DNA of 64,000 nt, taken from the NCBI GenBank assembly GCA_965248435.1, contig OZ252100.1, positions 1,120,001 through 1,184,000 of the forward strand, read 5' to 3'. The stretch comes from Candidatus Latescibacterota bacterium (GTDB lineage: Bacteria; Latescibacterota; UBA2968; GCA-2709665). Shown piece by piece: positions 18,545 to 27,720 of this stretch. The position numbers and the translations under genes were made by a program. The notes below the pieces were generated by a model. That model made no database searches, had not been told where the DNA came from, and worked only from the letters and a program-made list of their open reading frames with translations. The first letter of the stretch is position 1, and every line of letters begins with the position of its first letter.

Positions 18545-20711
18545 CGTGAGTGATCCCTTCGAAATGGGTATCAAGCAATTTCATCCCCGCCTCCACTGCG
18601 ATGCCCCTCTGAATCAGACGCTGCAGCATATCAGCCCCGTTCCGGTCCGGACCAAAACGGCCAACAGCTCTCGTAAGGGACGAATCGGCCCGGTCGGGCT
18701 GGCCGTCCGCCAGACGGGCGACGGCCACCTGAAAGAAGGGTCCGGGAAGGGCTGGATCCAGTTCAGTGGCGGCCTCCGCGTAGGCTGAGGCCTCCGAGAA
18801 ATATCCTGCCTTGAAATACTCCGTCACCACCTTTTCGAGGACAGCCGCCCGATATCGCGGGGGCTTCGAAGACACGGCTTCCAATGCGGCATCAAACGCC
18901 TCTCTGGCCCGCGGAAGCCTACCCGCTGACAACTCCACTTTGCCGTGCTGATAGATCTGAATGGCGAAAGTTTCCGACGCCTTGGCAATGCTGTATTCCC
19001 GTTCGGCGTGCTCTGCCAATCCGAGCGACATATGGATACTCCCCATAGTCCATCGCGCCGAAACCATCCCGTAGAGTTTGCCTTCAAATTTCATCTTTGC
19101 GAGTTTCAACCACCGTTCGGACGGGTCCTGCCATTCCCGGACCCTCGGAGCGACCCGTCCGTAGACCTGCATTCGCCCAAAATCCTTGACCAGACGATAG
19201 GTCGCAATGCGACCCTCGGCTAGATGGCGGTAAAAGAAGTGCCTGTCCAGGAACGCCGGTTTTCCCATGCGCGAATCATCAGCATCTTCAATGTTTTCAT
19301 AGTCTTTTCGAATCGCCTCTCTGATCACAAGCAGATCCGGCTCAAAGTGACTAACGAGCGGATAATGATGGCCAAACGTCCTGAAAACATTCTGAAATTT
19401 GGAAGGGACGTAGGCATAGGCATCGTGCAGGACACTCGTTTCAGCCTGATAGCTCCCAGCCAGCCAGCGCCCGACCCTCAACTCGAGACTATCCCGCACA
19501 CGATTCCATTTCCCCTCATAGAGGCCAGCGGCTTGCTCCATCTGGCCCAGCGAAAAGCCAATCACAATCGCGGCAAGACCGATTCCAGCCCCCCGAAGAG
19601 GCCTCACAACCTTCAGTCGGTCGCCGATCCACCGATACCCGTCTGCCGCGAACAAGAGCACGACAGGGATGATGGGCAGAAGGTGGCGAGCCTGCCTGAA
19701 GTTCACTTCCAGAGCCAGATAGGCGAGATAGACTCCGATCCAGATCAAGAGCACGCCTTGCTTCGAATGAAGTTTTCCTCCCTTCACGAAGTGGAATGCG
19801 CCGGCAAGGAGAGTGATCAAGAATGTCACGGCGTGCGGTCTCCCCAGGCCGCCAGCCAGGCTTGAGAACCACAAGAATCCCCGAGTGTCGGCCCGCAGCG
19901 TGTGACCAAATTCCATGATCTTCTTTTCGGCCATCAGACTATCCGTGAATTCCTCAAAGAAAATAACGGAGAACGGATTCGTCACGGCAAAGACAAGGAC
20001 GAACACGACAGGGACGAGACCCAGATATACAAGGACCTGCCTCTGCCTCAGCCTTAGGGTTGCAGTTTTCAGACTCAGTGCGCCATCCTTTGATGGAAGC
20101 AACACCGCGGCGTAGACAGCCGGGAGCAGAAAGATCCCGGCATACTTCGTCCCGAACGCGAGTCCCGAAAACAGCGAGGCCAGGACAATCCACTTTGGCC
20201 GGATCCCTTCACAGATCCGACAACCCGCATACAGGGCACACAGGATCCAGAAAAGTTGTGGTAGATCCGGATGGGCCTCCACAGACCACCGGAGGAAGAC
20301 CGGGGTGACGAGCAGGATAAAGGTCCCGATGAGCCCTGCGACCTGACCAAAAGTGACAGATCCGATTCGATAGACCATCCAGAGACATCCGACCCCCGAA
20401 ATGGCACCAAACCCCCGCAGCACCATGATGACAACCCGATCGGTTACCTCTCCCAGAATTCCATACAGTTTCAGAAAGGCCACAGGCAAATAGTAGTAAA
20501 GCCCTCCATACTTGAATGAGGGCTTCTCCAGAAATCCCTTCTTGTGGAGTATACCAACAGCAGCCTGGATGTCGGCTTCATCGATCGAAAAGACGCTTAC
20601 GACTCGAATATCATCGCTTCCCAGTGGCACGAGCGGCAACACAAACCCGACGTAGATTACAAAGCATACCGCCAGAAGGATTTGGGCCTTTTCAAAACGA
20701 ATCACGCTCAC
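18531..20711 (-). CDS. GT-C glycosyltransferase with C-terminal TPRs, paralogue 2
   Basis: FSIDE, YGGLYYYLP, HPDLPQL, FGTKYAG, HFEPDLLV motifs shared with neighbours. Confidence 0.8.
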   Translation of the reverse strand: MSVIRFEKAQILLAVCFVIYVGFVLPLVPLGSDDIRVVSVFSIDEADIQAAVGILHKKGFLEKPSFKYGGLYYYLPVAFLKLYGILGEVTDRVVIMVLRGFGAISGVGCLWMVYRIGSVTFGQVAGLIGTFILLVTPVFLRWSVEAHPDLPQLFWILCALYAGCRICEGIRPKWIVLASLFSGLAFGTKYAGIFLLPAVYAAVLLPSKDGALSLKTATLRLRQRQVLVYLGLVPVVFVLVFAVTNPFSVIFFEEFTDSLMAEKKIMEFGHTLRADTRGFLWFSSLAGGLGRPHAVTFLITLLAGAFHFVKGGKLHSKQGVLLIWIGVYLAYLALEVNFRQARHLLPIIPVVLLFAADGYRWIGDRLKVVRPLRGAGIGLAAIVIGFSLGQMEQAAGLYEGKWNRVRDSLELRVGRWLAGSYQAETSVLHDAYAYVPSKFQNVFRTFGHHYPLVSHFEPDLLVIREAIRKDYENIEDADDSRMGKPAFLDRHFFYRHLAEGRIATYRLVKDFGRMQVYGRVAPRVREWQDPSERWLKLAKMKFEGKLYGMVSARWTMGSIHMSLGLAEHAEREYSIAKASETFAIQIYQHGKVELSAGRLPRAREAFDAALEAVSSKPPRYRAAVLEKVVTEYFKAGYFSEASAYAEAATELDPALPGPFFQVAVARLADGQPDRADSSLTRAVGRFGPDRNGADMLQRLIQRGIAVEAGMKLLDTHFEGITHDASR

Positions 20712-22876
20712 TCATCTCCTCCGAAATACCGGTTTAGAATCCGTCTCGGACCCCCTGCGCCCAGGCCCCTCCGGATCAACATCCTGAGCAGGTCCTTCGC
20801 ATAGGGGTCTGCACCATAGTGTTGGACAGCTCCAACAAAAAGGGAATCTCCTCGAAGGAAATCTCCCTGAGCCAGTGTGAAAGCCCCCAGGTCAAAGTGG
20901 GCCTCTTTCAAGTCTGAATTCAGCTCGATCGCCTCTCGGGTCCAGGCGATCGCTTCGGAATAGAGGCCCGCTTCGAAGTACTGACGGGCGATGTGGTGTT
21001 GGACCGAGGCGCGCTGCGCCGCCGACTGTGAGGATATGGCGGACATCAATTCGTCAAAAAGGCTTCTGGCAGCCTCTGTTCTGCCTTCGCTCAAATGCAC
21101 TGTCGCCAGGTTGTATTGCTCTACCGGATGACTTTCAGCTTCCTCCGCGAGGCGAAGCTCCCTTTCGGACTCCGCATTCAGGCCAACCGCCTCGTGGATC
21201 GCCGCCATGGACTTGCGTGCCTTCTCCACCCCATACACGGTTCCCGCCGCGTACTGCTTCAGGCGTTCCGGCCAGGCACTTGCGGGCTCCGTCCCCTTGC
21301 GAACCTTGGGGGCGTTCCGTTCATAGATTCCAATGCGCTCAAACTCCTTGATGCGGTCATAGGTAGATAATCGTCTCTCACTCAGATACTTATAAAAGTA
21401 GTGACGATCCAAGAAGGCCGCCCCGCCCACCCGAGCGCGGTCCGCGTCCTCCAGGTTGGCGTAGCGCCCCGCCATCGCGTCCCTTACGACGAGCAGGTCG
21501 GGTTCGAAATGGTTGACCATCGGATACGTCATCCCGAACGTCCGGTGTACGTTCCGGAATTTTTCAGGCACGTAGGAATAGGCGTCGAATAGGATTGTGG
21601 TCTGTTCCGGAAAGTTCTCTGAAAGCCACCTCCCCGCTGACAATTCGACACGGCCTTCTTCCCGATTTCCGATCTCCTTGAACATCCCGAATGCGCGTCC
21701 GATGTGACCCTGTGCGAAGGCGAGAGCAACAACGACGCCGACAAGGGCGGGGGCAAGATTGCCGCCCAATCTACGCCCCAGCTGCAGTCCGAACCGTCTG
21801 TAGGATTCCCCTACAAAAAGCAGAACACAGGGAAGAATGGGAAGCAGATGGCGCTCGCGCTGGACGTTGATCTCAATGGCCAGAAACGAAAAGAACAGAA
21901 GCACCCAGCAACCGAGCAGTGCCCGGCCGCTACGGACCCGCCTGTCGCGGGTGACGGCGAAAATTCCAGTCAGGGCATAGATTGCGAAAAGCGTCGCGTT
22001 GACCCAGCCAATCGTTTGGATCAGCCCATTTGTCCAGGTACGCCATCCGGCCATTTCGGCCACCCTGAATCCGAAGGTCAAAATCTCCTTTTCCGATTGC
22101 AGCCGAGCCTCGAAGAGATCGAAGTGGATGAGGGCATAGGGATTCGTGACCACGAAGGCCACGGCGAAAACCGCAGGAATGGCAATGAGGGAGTAAAGGA
22201 CCCGTCGGTCCTTTAGTCTTTCCGCCCAGGAATCCAACCCGAAATATCCAGCATCTGAAGGCATCGCCGCGGACAGTGCGATGATGGGCAGGAGAAAGAG
22301 ACCCGCGTATTTGGTCCCGAATGCCAGCGCCGCGAAAAGAGAGGAGAGGGCCATCCACTTCAAGGAAAACTGATCTGAAAGTCGACAACAGCATAAAAGC
22401 GCAAGGAGGATCCACAGGAGTTGGGGTAAGTCAGGGTGAGTAAACACGGACCAGCGCAGGAAAGGCGGTGAAATGATGAGCAGCGTGGCCGCCAACAGGC
22501 CCGTGGTTCTGTGGAAGACCGTCGCACCAAGGCGGAGCGTGATCCAGACGCAACCCAGGCCGGCTGCCGAGCACATCCCTCTCATCACCAGTATGATAAC
22601 GTGATCGTTGACCTCCATTCCCAGGAAATCGATCAGGTTCAGGAACAGAAGCGGGACGTAGTAAAAGACGCCCCCATAGGTGAAGGATTGGAGCTCGTAG
22701 CCCCCTAGCCGATGAAGATGGCGAACGACCGCCGCTGCCCCCGATTCATCTACAGAAAAAACGTCGGCCATTCTGACATCATCTGAGGCAACGGAAACGA
22801 GCGGCAGAACAAAGGCCAGGTAGAGCGTTGAACAAACGCCAAATGAGATGAAAGTGTGTTTCGAGAAGGATCGCAT
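20708..22876 (-). CDS. GT-C glycosyltransferase with C-terminal TPRs, paralogue 1
   Basis: FSVDE, YGGVFYYVP, HPDLPQL, FGTKYAG, HFEPDLLV; TPR tail (EAHFDLG). Confidence 0.8.
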   Translation of the reverse strand: MRSFSKHTFISFGVCSTLYLAFVLPLVSVASDDVRMADVFSVDESGAAAVVRHLHRLGGYELQSFTYGGVFYYVPLLFLNLIDFLGMEVNDHVIILVMRGMCSAAGLGCVWITLRLGATVFHRTTGLLAATLLIISPPFLRWSVFTHPDLPQLLWILLALLCCCRLSDQFSLKWMALSSLFAALAFGTKYAGLFLLPIIALSAAMPSDAGYFGLDSWAERLKDRRVLYSLIAIPAVFAVAFVVTNPYALIHFDLFEARLQSEKEILTFGFRVAEMAGWRTWTNGLIQTIGWVNATLFAIYALTGIFAVTRDRRVRSGRALLGCWVLLFFSFLAIEINVQRERHLLPILPCVLLFVGESYRRFGLQLGRRLGGNLAPALVGVVVALAFAQGHIGRAFGMFKEIGNREEGRVELSAGRWLSENFPEQTTILFDAYSYVPEKFRNVHRTFGMTYPMVNHFEPDLLVVRDAMAGRYANLEDADRARVGGAAFLDRHYFYKYLSERRLSTYDRIKEFERIGIYERNAPKVRKGTEPASAWPERLKQYAAGTVYGVEKARKSMAAIHEAVGLNAESERELRLAEEAESHPVEQYNLATVHLSEGRTEAARSLFDELMSAISSQSAAQRASVQHHIARQYFEAGLYSEAIAWTREAIELNSDLKEAHFDLGAFTLAQGDFLRGDSLFVGAVQHYGADPYAKDLLRMLIRRGLGAGGPRRILNRYFGGDE

Positions 22877-22958
22877 GGGAGGTCAAAACGGAATATAGGC
22901 CCCCTCCGATTGCCCGGTCAAGATGACTTTGATAAAGCACTGTTCGCCGAAAAAGCCC

Positions 22959-23023
22959 TTGACCCGTTTGGGCACATTTACTATGATTTGGTAGTCTCAA
23001 TTATACCCTCACAATATGTTGTG
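22959..23023 (+). promoter_or_regulatory. sigma70-type promoter with NrdR-box-like palindrome
   Basis: TTGACC (22959)-17 bp-TATGAT (22982); cacaatatgttgtg at 23010-23023 with a weak second box 31 bp upstream. Confidence 0.55.
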
Positions 23024-23130
23024 CTGTAGCCGAGTGTTCATCTCCGCTGCAGCCGCCTCTCGGAGCCGCTCGGTCGCCCGGTCAAGCGGCTCTGGTTATT
23101 TTTGGAAGAGGAATCGAGGAACAAAAACAC

Positions 23131-23244
23131 GAGTGCTGGAGTAATGCTGGAATGGAGTGTTGGAGTCATGTAAAGGCAGGTCCTGCAATACTCCCGTACT
23201 CCAGTACTCCAGTACTCCAGTACTCCAGTACTCCAGTACTCCAG
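23131..23244. repeat. Octamer tandem repeat (TACTCCAG)x6 plus one variant, with degenerate inverted arm upstream
   Basis: 23189-23244 read directly; ctggagta-like units at 23131-23167. Confidence 0.9.
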
Positions 23245-23284
23245 GATCGGGTGGCCGAAAAGTCAAAGTAAAGGCGAGTTTGTT

Positions 23285-24025
23285 TTGCGAACGACGAACG
23301 ACGAACGACGAACGACGGGTTCCAGGATTCTAGTCGTTGACGACCTGCCCTACAACATCGAGTTTCTGGAAGAAGCGCTTACCAAGCTTGGGTTTGAGGT
23401 CATCAGCGCCTCCAATGGCGAGGAGGGGCTTCGCCAAGTGGCCGATACCGATCCAGACCTTGTGCTTCTTGACCTCTCCATGCCTGTGATGGGCGGGTTG
23501 GACGTGCTCAGATCTCTGAGGGCCGACCCAAACCATGGCACACTCCCGGTCATCTTACTTACCGCAAAGACTGAACTGAACGATCTCGTGACCGGGCTTG
23601 ACAGCGGCGCAGATGACTACATCCGAAAACCCTTCCGCATTGAAGAAGTCGCTGCAAGGATCAAGGCCCATCTGCGAATTCAGGCCCTTCAGAGGCAGAT
23701 TCTCGAAAACGAAAAACTCTTGGGAAAGGTGGAAGGCATTGGGCAGACACTGGTCACACTCGCTCACCACATCAACAACGCCACGCAGGCCATCTCTGGA
23801 ATGGCTCAGGTGTGCAATGCCAGAAAAGACAACTTGCAGCAGCATCATCAGCTCGCCGAAATCGCGATAAGCCAATCCGCACGAATCAGCGCTGTCTTGA
23901 AGAGTATCCAGCAGATGGTAGATCACGTTCAGGTGAAGACGACTGATTATGCTGGAGATCCAGATCGGATGCTGGATATCGAAGCGGACTTGCAACAGCG
24001 TCTGGAGCGCCTGGACCGGGAATAG
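23285..24025 (+). CDS. Response regulator: REC domain plus H-box helix, no HATPase domain
   Basis: ILVVDD, LVLLDLSMP, LTAK, DDYIRKPF; TLAHHINNA. TTG start is tentative. Confidence 0.85.
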   Translation: MRTTNDERRTTGSRILVVDDLPYNIEFLEEALTKLGFEVISASNGEEGLRQVADTDPDLVLLDLSMPVMGGLDVLRSLRADPNHGTLPVILLTAKTELNDLVTGLDSGADDYIRKPFRIEEVAARIKAHLRIQALQRQILENEKLLGKVEGIGQTLVTLAHHINNATQAISGMAQVCNARKDNLQQHHQLAEIAISQSARISAVLKSIQQMVDHVQVKTTDYAGDPDRMLDIEADLQQRLERLDRE

Positions 24026-24194
24026 CTGGCTCTCGGTGTCCGACCCGTCCCAACAGACACAAAAAAGGCCGCAGTCCAAGACTACGGCAGTGAGTATTAT
24101 AAAGTTACCTTGACCGCAGACCGCGTACCACAGACCGCCGAATTCTAAAAGGTCGTCATCTCGCGGTCTGCCGTCTGTTGTCTGCTGTCCGCCC

Positions 24195-24617
24195 TTAGGC
24201 GATCGTCGCCATCATTTCCGCCTCCGCCGCAAGCGTCTCGCCCACGAAGGCCTTACCCGAGACCCGACACACGTTCTTCCTCCTCTGCAGCAGCTCCACC
24301 TCGAGCCGAAGCTGGTCCCCCGGGACAACCTGGCGCCTGAACCGCGCCTTGTCTATTCCCATAAATAGGGGAACCCTCCCGCTTTCAGCCCCATCACCCA
24401 TCAACACACCAGCCGTTTGGGCCATCGCCTCGATGATCAGAACCCCGGGCATAACGGGCCGACCGGGAAAATGGCCCTCAAAGAAAGGTTCATTCGCACT
24501 TACATTCTTTATGCCGACGGCTCCCTCGCCCGGCCTCAGTTCCACGATTCGGTCGATGAGCAGGAATGGATAACGGTGAGGCAACACGCGTCGAATAGCT
24601 TCTAAGTCCAGTTCCAC
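24195..24617 (-). CDS. fabZ: 3-hydroxyacyl-ACP dehydratase
   Basis: LPHRYPFLLIDR, FFEGHFP, MPGVLIIEAMAQ. Confidence 0.96.
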   Translation of the reverse strand: MELDLEAIRRVLPHRYPFLLIDRIVELRPGEGAVGIKNVSANEPFFEGHFPGRPVMPGVLIIEAMAQTAGVLMGDGAESGRVPLFMGIDKARFRRQVVPGDQLRLEVELLQRRKNVCRVSGKAFVGETLAAEAEMMATIA

Positions 24618-24641
24618 TTGCTTCCTCCGGCGGCCGAATCC

Positions 24642-25199
24642 TTAGCGCCCGGAACGATCCGACTGCTTTGTCTCCGCCTCCATCTCCTTCTGAAGCTCTT
24701 CCAAAACCTGCACGGTCAAATCATGAGTTTCGTTGGCGTAAGCCAGCGTTGACGAGTTGAAAACAAAGTCAAATCCACTTTCTTTCGCCAGCCTCTGGAC
24801 GACCGTGTTCACTCGATTGATGATTGGAGCCAGAATCTCCTGGCTCTTTTTGGCAAGCTTCCCATCTTGGGGCGCTGAAATCTCGGAAAGGTACCGCTGC
24901 AGATTTTCCTGCTTCTGAATAATGGCCCGTTGCTCCTCCTGCTTCCGTTTTTCGCTCAGGAGTAGGGCCTGCCTCTCATAGGTCTCTGTCATCTTCTCCA
25001 ATTCGTTCTGGCGTTTCGTGAATTCCTTCTCGAGCTCCATTCGGTATCGTTGCACTTCCTTTTCGCCCTCTTGAAAAGGCTTGTGCTTGGCCAGAATCTC
25101 ATCAGAATCGATGTACCCGATCTTGAGCTCTGCGCTGGCCACCGAGGGAAGAACGATCCAGCAAACTGCCAGAACCGGAATTACTCGTTTGAATCTCAT
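24642..25199 (-). CDS. skp: OmpH/Skp periplasmic chaperone
   Basis: Signal peptide, KIGYID, coiled coil, HDLT; follows bamA. Confidence 0.9.
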   Translation of the reverse strand: MRFKRVIPVLAVCWIVLPSVASAELKIGYIDSDEILAKHKPFQEGEKEVQRYRMELEKEFTKRQNELEKMTETYERQALLLSEKRKQEEQRAIIQKQENLQRYLSEISAPQDGKLAKKSQEILAPIINRVNTVVQRLAKESGFDFVFNSSTLAYANETHDLTVQVLEELQKEMEAETKQSDRSGR

Positions 25200-25217
25200 G
25201 CCTCAGCTCTCCTTCTA

Positions 25218-27560
25218 TTAGAAAAATTGTGGTCCAAACTGGAAGTGCGTAACCATATGAGGGGCCAATCCATCCACTTGACGCCTATCGATTCCCCAGG
25301 CAAAATCGAATCCCATAATTCCGAGGAGCGGTGCCTGGATGCGAAGACCGAACCCCACCGACCGGCGGAGATCGAAAACGCTCACTTCAGACAACGTGTC
25401 CCAGGCATTCCCTGCATCAGCGAAGGCCAGGCCATAGAGCTGATTTTCCATGATAGGAATCGTGATCTCCGCGTTGAAGATCAACTGAGAATGGCCGCCG
25501 ACGGGAACCAAACGCTGGGTGCTGCCGGATGTGACAGGCTCTCGTGGGCCGACCGACTGCTCGTCGTATCCGCGTAGCGTTGTCCTTTCGAAAAGGTCGA
25601 CGCCTCCGGGCCTGTACAACTCGTTGAAGGGAGCGGTCAACTTGCCAAATCCGGCGACGAGCCCCAGCTGTGTTTTGAGGCCCAACGCAAATTTCCAGAG
25701 AAGGGGAACGTAGAAACTCGTGGCAAAGTCGTGCTTATGAAAGTTCGTATTCCCACCGAGAACACCACCTGCGACAGAGGGTGTATAAGAGAAAGTCGAT
25801 CCGCTCGTTGAAAATACCGGAAAGTCACGACTGTCTCGCGTATAGTTGAGATTCACGAGGCTCGTAACATTGTCTATGAGTCTCGATTGAAATGTGGCAT
25901 CCAGGTCTTCGCGGATATTGATGTAATCTGTCCGTTCAATCCGGTATCCGATACCCACCCTCGAATAATCGGGCCAGGCCAGCCTTCGACCCACCCGAAC
26001 GATGCCCCCCAGGCGCCTCAGGTCGTAATCGGTGAAAAAGCGCTGCGTGTCCTGAAAAATCTGCCCCGATAGACTTGTTGGCGTATTGAGAAACCAGGGC
26101 TCGGTAAACCCGGCCCTGAGGGTCGAGCGTCGAGGCCCCACCTCTGCCTGGAAATCCAGAATCTGTCCGTTCCCCAGGAAGTTCGGGATCTGCAATCCGA
26201 TCGTGCCTACAATTCCGTCTCTACCGCTGTAGCCCATGCCGATAGAAGCCGTTCCCGTCGCCTTTTCTTCAACCTTGAAGGTCAAGTCGATTTCCGAGTC
26301 CTTCTCGATCGGCTTCATGGGCACATCGACATTGTTAAAGAAATTCAGCTGCTGGAGGTTCCGAACAGATCGCTCGACCAGATTCCTGCTGAACTTATCC
26401 CCAGGGTTGATCCACAACTCCCGCCGAATCACCCGGTCCTTCGTCTTCGAATTGCCCGTAACTGTAATCTCCCTGACTTTCCAGGGCTTATTCTCCTCTA
26501 TCTTATAGTGGAGGCCCACACGATGGCCCTCTGCGGGAGTTTCTCTGCGGGTCACGATCGCTCCGATATAACCGATGTCCGCATAAAAACTTCGCATTTG
26601 CTCCAGGGTCTTTTCTACGCGTTCAGAATTGTAGACATCGTCTTCCTTTGCGACAACATGGGCCACAATCACGCCATCTGAAACCTTCTCATTGCCGTCC
26701 CAGGTCACCTCGCCGAAGGTATAGAGGGGACCTTCCCTAACATCTATATCAATGTAAAGATCTTTCCTGTCTTCGTCATAATAGAGACTGTCACTAACGA
26801 TTTCTGCGTCACGATACCCGTTCTGGCGATAATAAGCCAGAACTTTCTGCTTGTCCTCGGGGTATTTCTCCTGACTGAATTTCCCGTGTCCGAACCACCA
26901 CCCATCCTGTTTCGTCTCTTCCATCTGCTTTCGAAGCTTACGATCGGAAAACTTCGTATTTCCCTCAAAAGAGATCCGTTTCAAATTCACCTTGCGTCCT
27001 TCTAGCACGTCAAAGATCAACGGAATGCGCCCTTCTGAATCCGGATCTCCTCTAGCCGATCTGACTTCTGCCAGGAGATACCCCTCCTCGCGATACTTGC
27101 CCACAAGTTTCGCCTGTGCCTGCTTCTGCTCCTGAGGTGAAATAAACTGCCCTCGGATAAACCCCAATTCTTTCTTCAGTTTCTTGGATTTGATCTTTCT
27201 GTTTCCCTCAAACCGCACCTCCCCCAGTTTCGGATTCTCCTCAACGACGATCTCTACAGCCACACCCTCCTCGACGCTCGGATCGACATATAACTGAATA
27301 TCGGAGAAGTAATCCAGTTTGTAGAGGTTCTGGATTGCCCGAGCTGCATCATTCGGCAACACCAAGAGCTGTCCTACGCTCAGGCCGCAAGAAAATCGAA
27401 TAAGGGTTTCTTCGATGATCTTATTGCCACGAACGCGGATTTCAGAAATCACGTGTGATTGCTGCTGCGCTTCCGCTCGAGTTGCAGGCAAGAGCATCAG
27501 GATGAGCAGCGCAACAATTGACCGCTTAAAATTGCTCAATGTGCACGCTTCCAATGTCAT
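25218..27560 (-). CDS. bamA: Outer membrane protein assembly factor BamA
   Basis: POTRA repeats (GN..., TKDRVIRRE), LRGY motif, C-terminal Phe. Confidence 0.95.
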   Translation of the reverse strand: MTLEACTLSNFKRSIVALLILMLLPATRAEAQQQSHVISEIRVRGNKIIEETLIRFSCGLSVGQLLVLPNDAARAIQNLYKLDYFSDIQLYVDPSVEEGVAVEIVVEENPKLGEVRFEGNRKIKSKKLKKELGFIRGQFISPQEQKQAQAKLVGKYREEGYLLAEVRSARGDPDSEGRIPLIFDVLEGRKVNLKRISFEGNTKFSDRKLRKQMEETKQDGWWFGHGKFSQEKYPEDKQKVLAYYRQNGYRDAEIVSDSLYYDEDRKDLYIDIDVREGPLYTFGEVTWDGNEKVSDGVIVAHVVAKEDDVYNSERVEKTLEQMRSFYADIGYIGAIVTRRETPAEGHRVGLHYKIEENKPWKVREITVTGNSKTKDRVIRRELWINPGDKFSRNLVERSVRNLQQLNFFNNVDVPMKPIEKDSEIDLTFKVEEKATGTASIGMGYSGRDGIVGTIGLQIPNFLGNGQILDFQAEVGPRRSTLRAGFTEPWFLNTPTSLSGQIFQDTQRFFTDYDLRRLGGIVRVGRRLAWPDYSRVGIGYRIERTDYINIREDLDATFQSRLIDNVTSLVNLNYTRDSRDFPVFSTSGSTFSYTPSVAGGVLGGNTNFHKHDFATSFYVPLLWKFALGLKTQLGLVAGFGKLTAPFNELYRPGGVDLFERTTLRGYDEQSVGPREPVTSGSTQRLVPVGGHSQLIFNAEITIPIMENQLYGLAFADAGNAWDTLSEVSVFDLRRSVGFGLRIQAPLLGIMGFDFAWGIDRRQVDGLAPHMVTHFQFGPQFF

Positions 27561-27720
27561 GGGACACTGCAGTAATCTATAGGATCAATACTATATTGAG
27601 ACGCGTCACCCGGCGGAAGGTTCCGTACGACAAATCGGCCCGGGCAAAGAATACCCGGGCCGAATGCCAGGGCAACCGCCCTGACAGGGGCCCACAGAGA
27701 CCGAACGACTTATGGAGGAA

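Noticed and set aside
23189-23244. Possible CRISPR array
   Set aside because: 8-bp units with no spacers and no cas genes.
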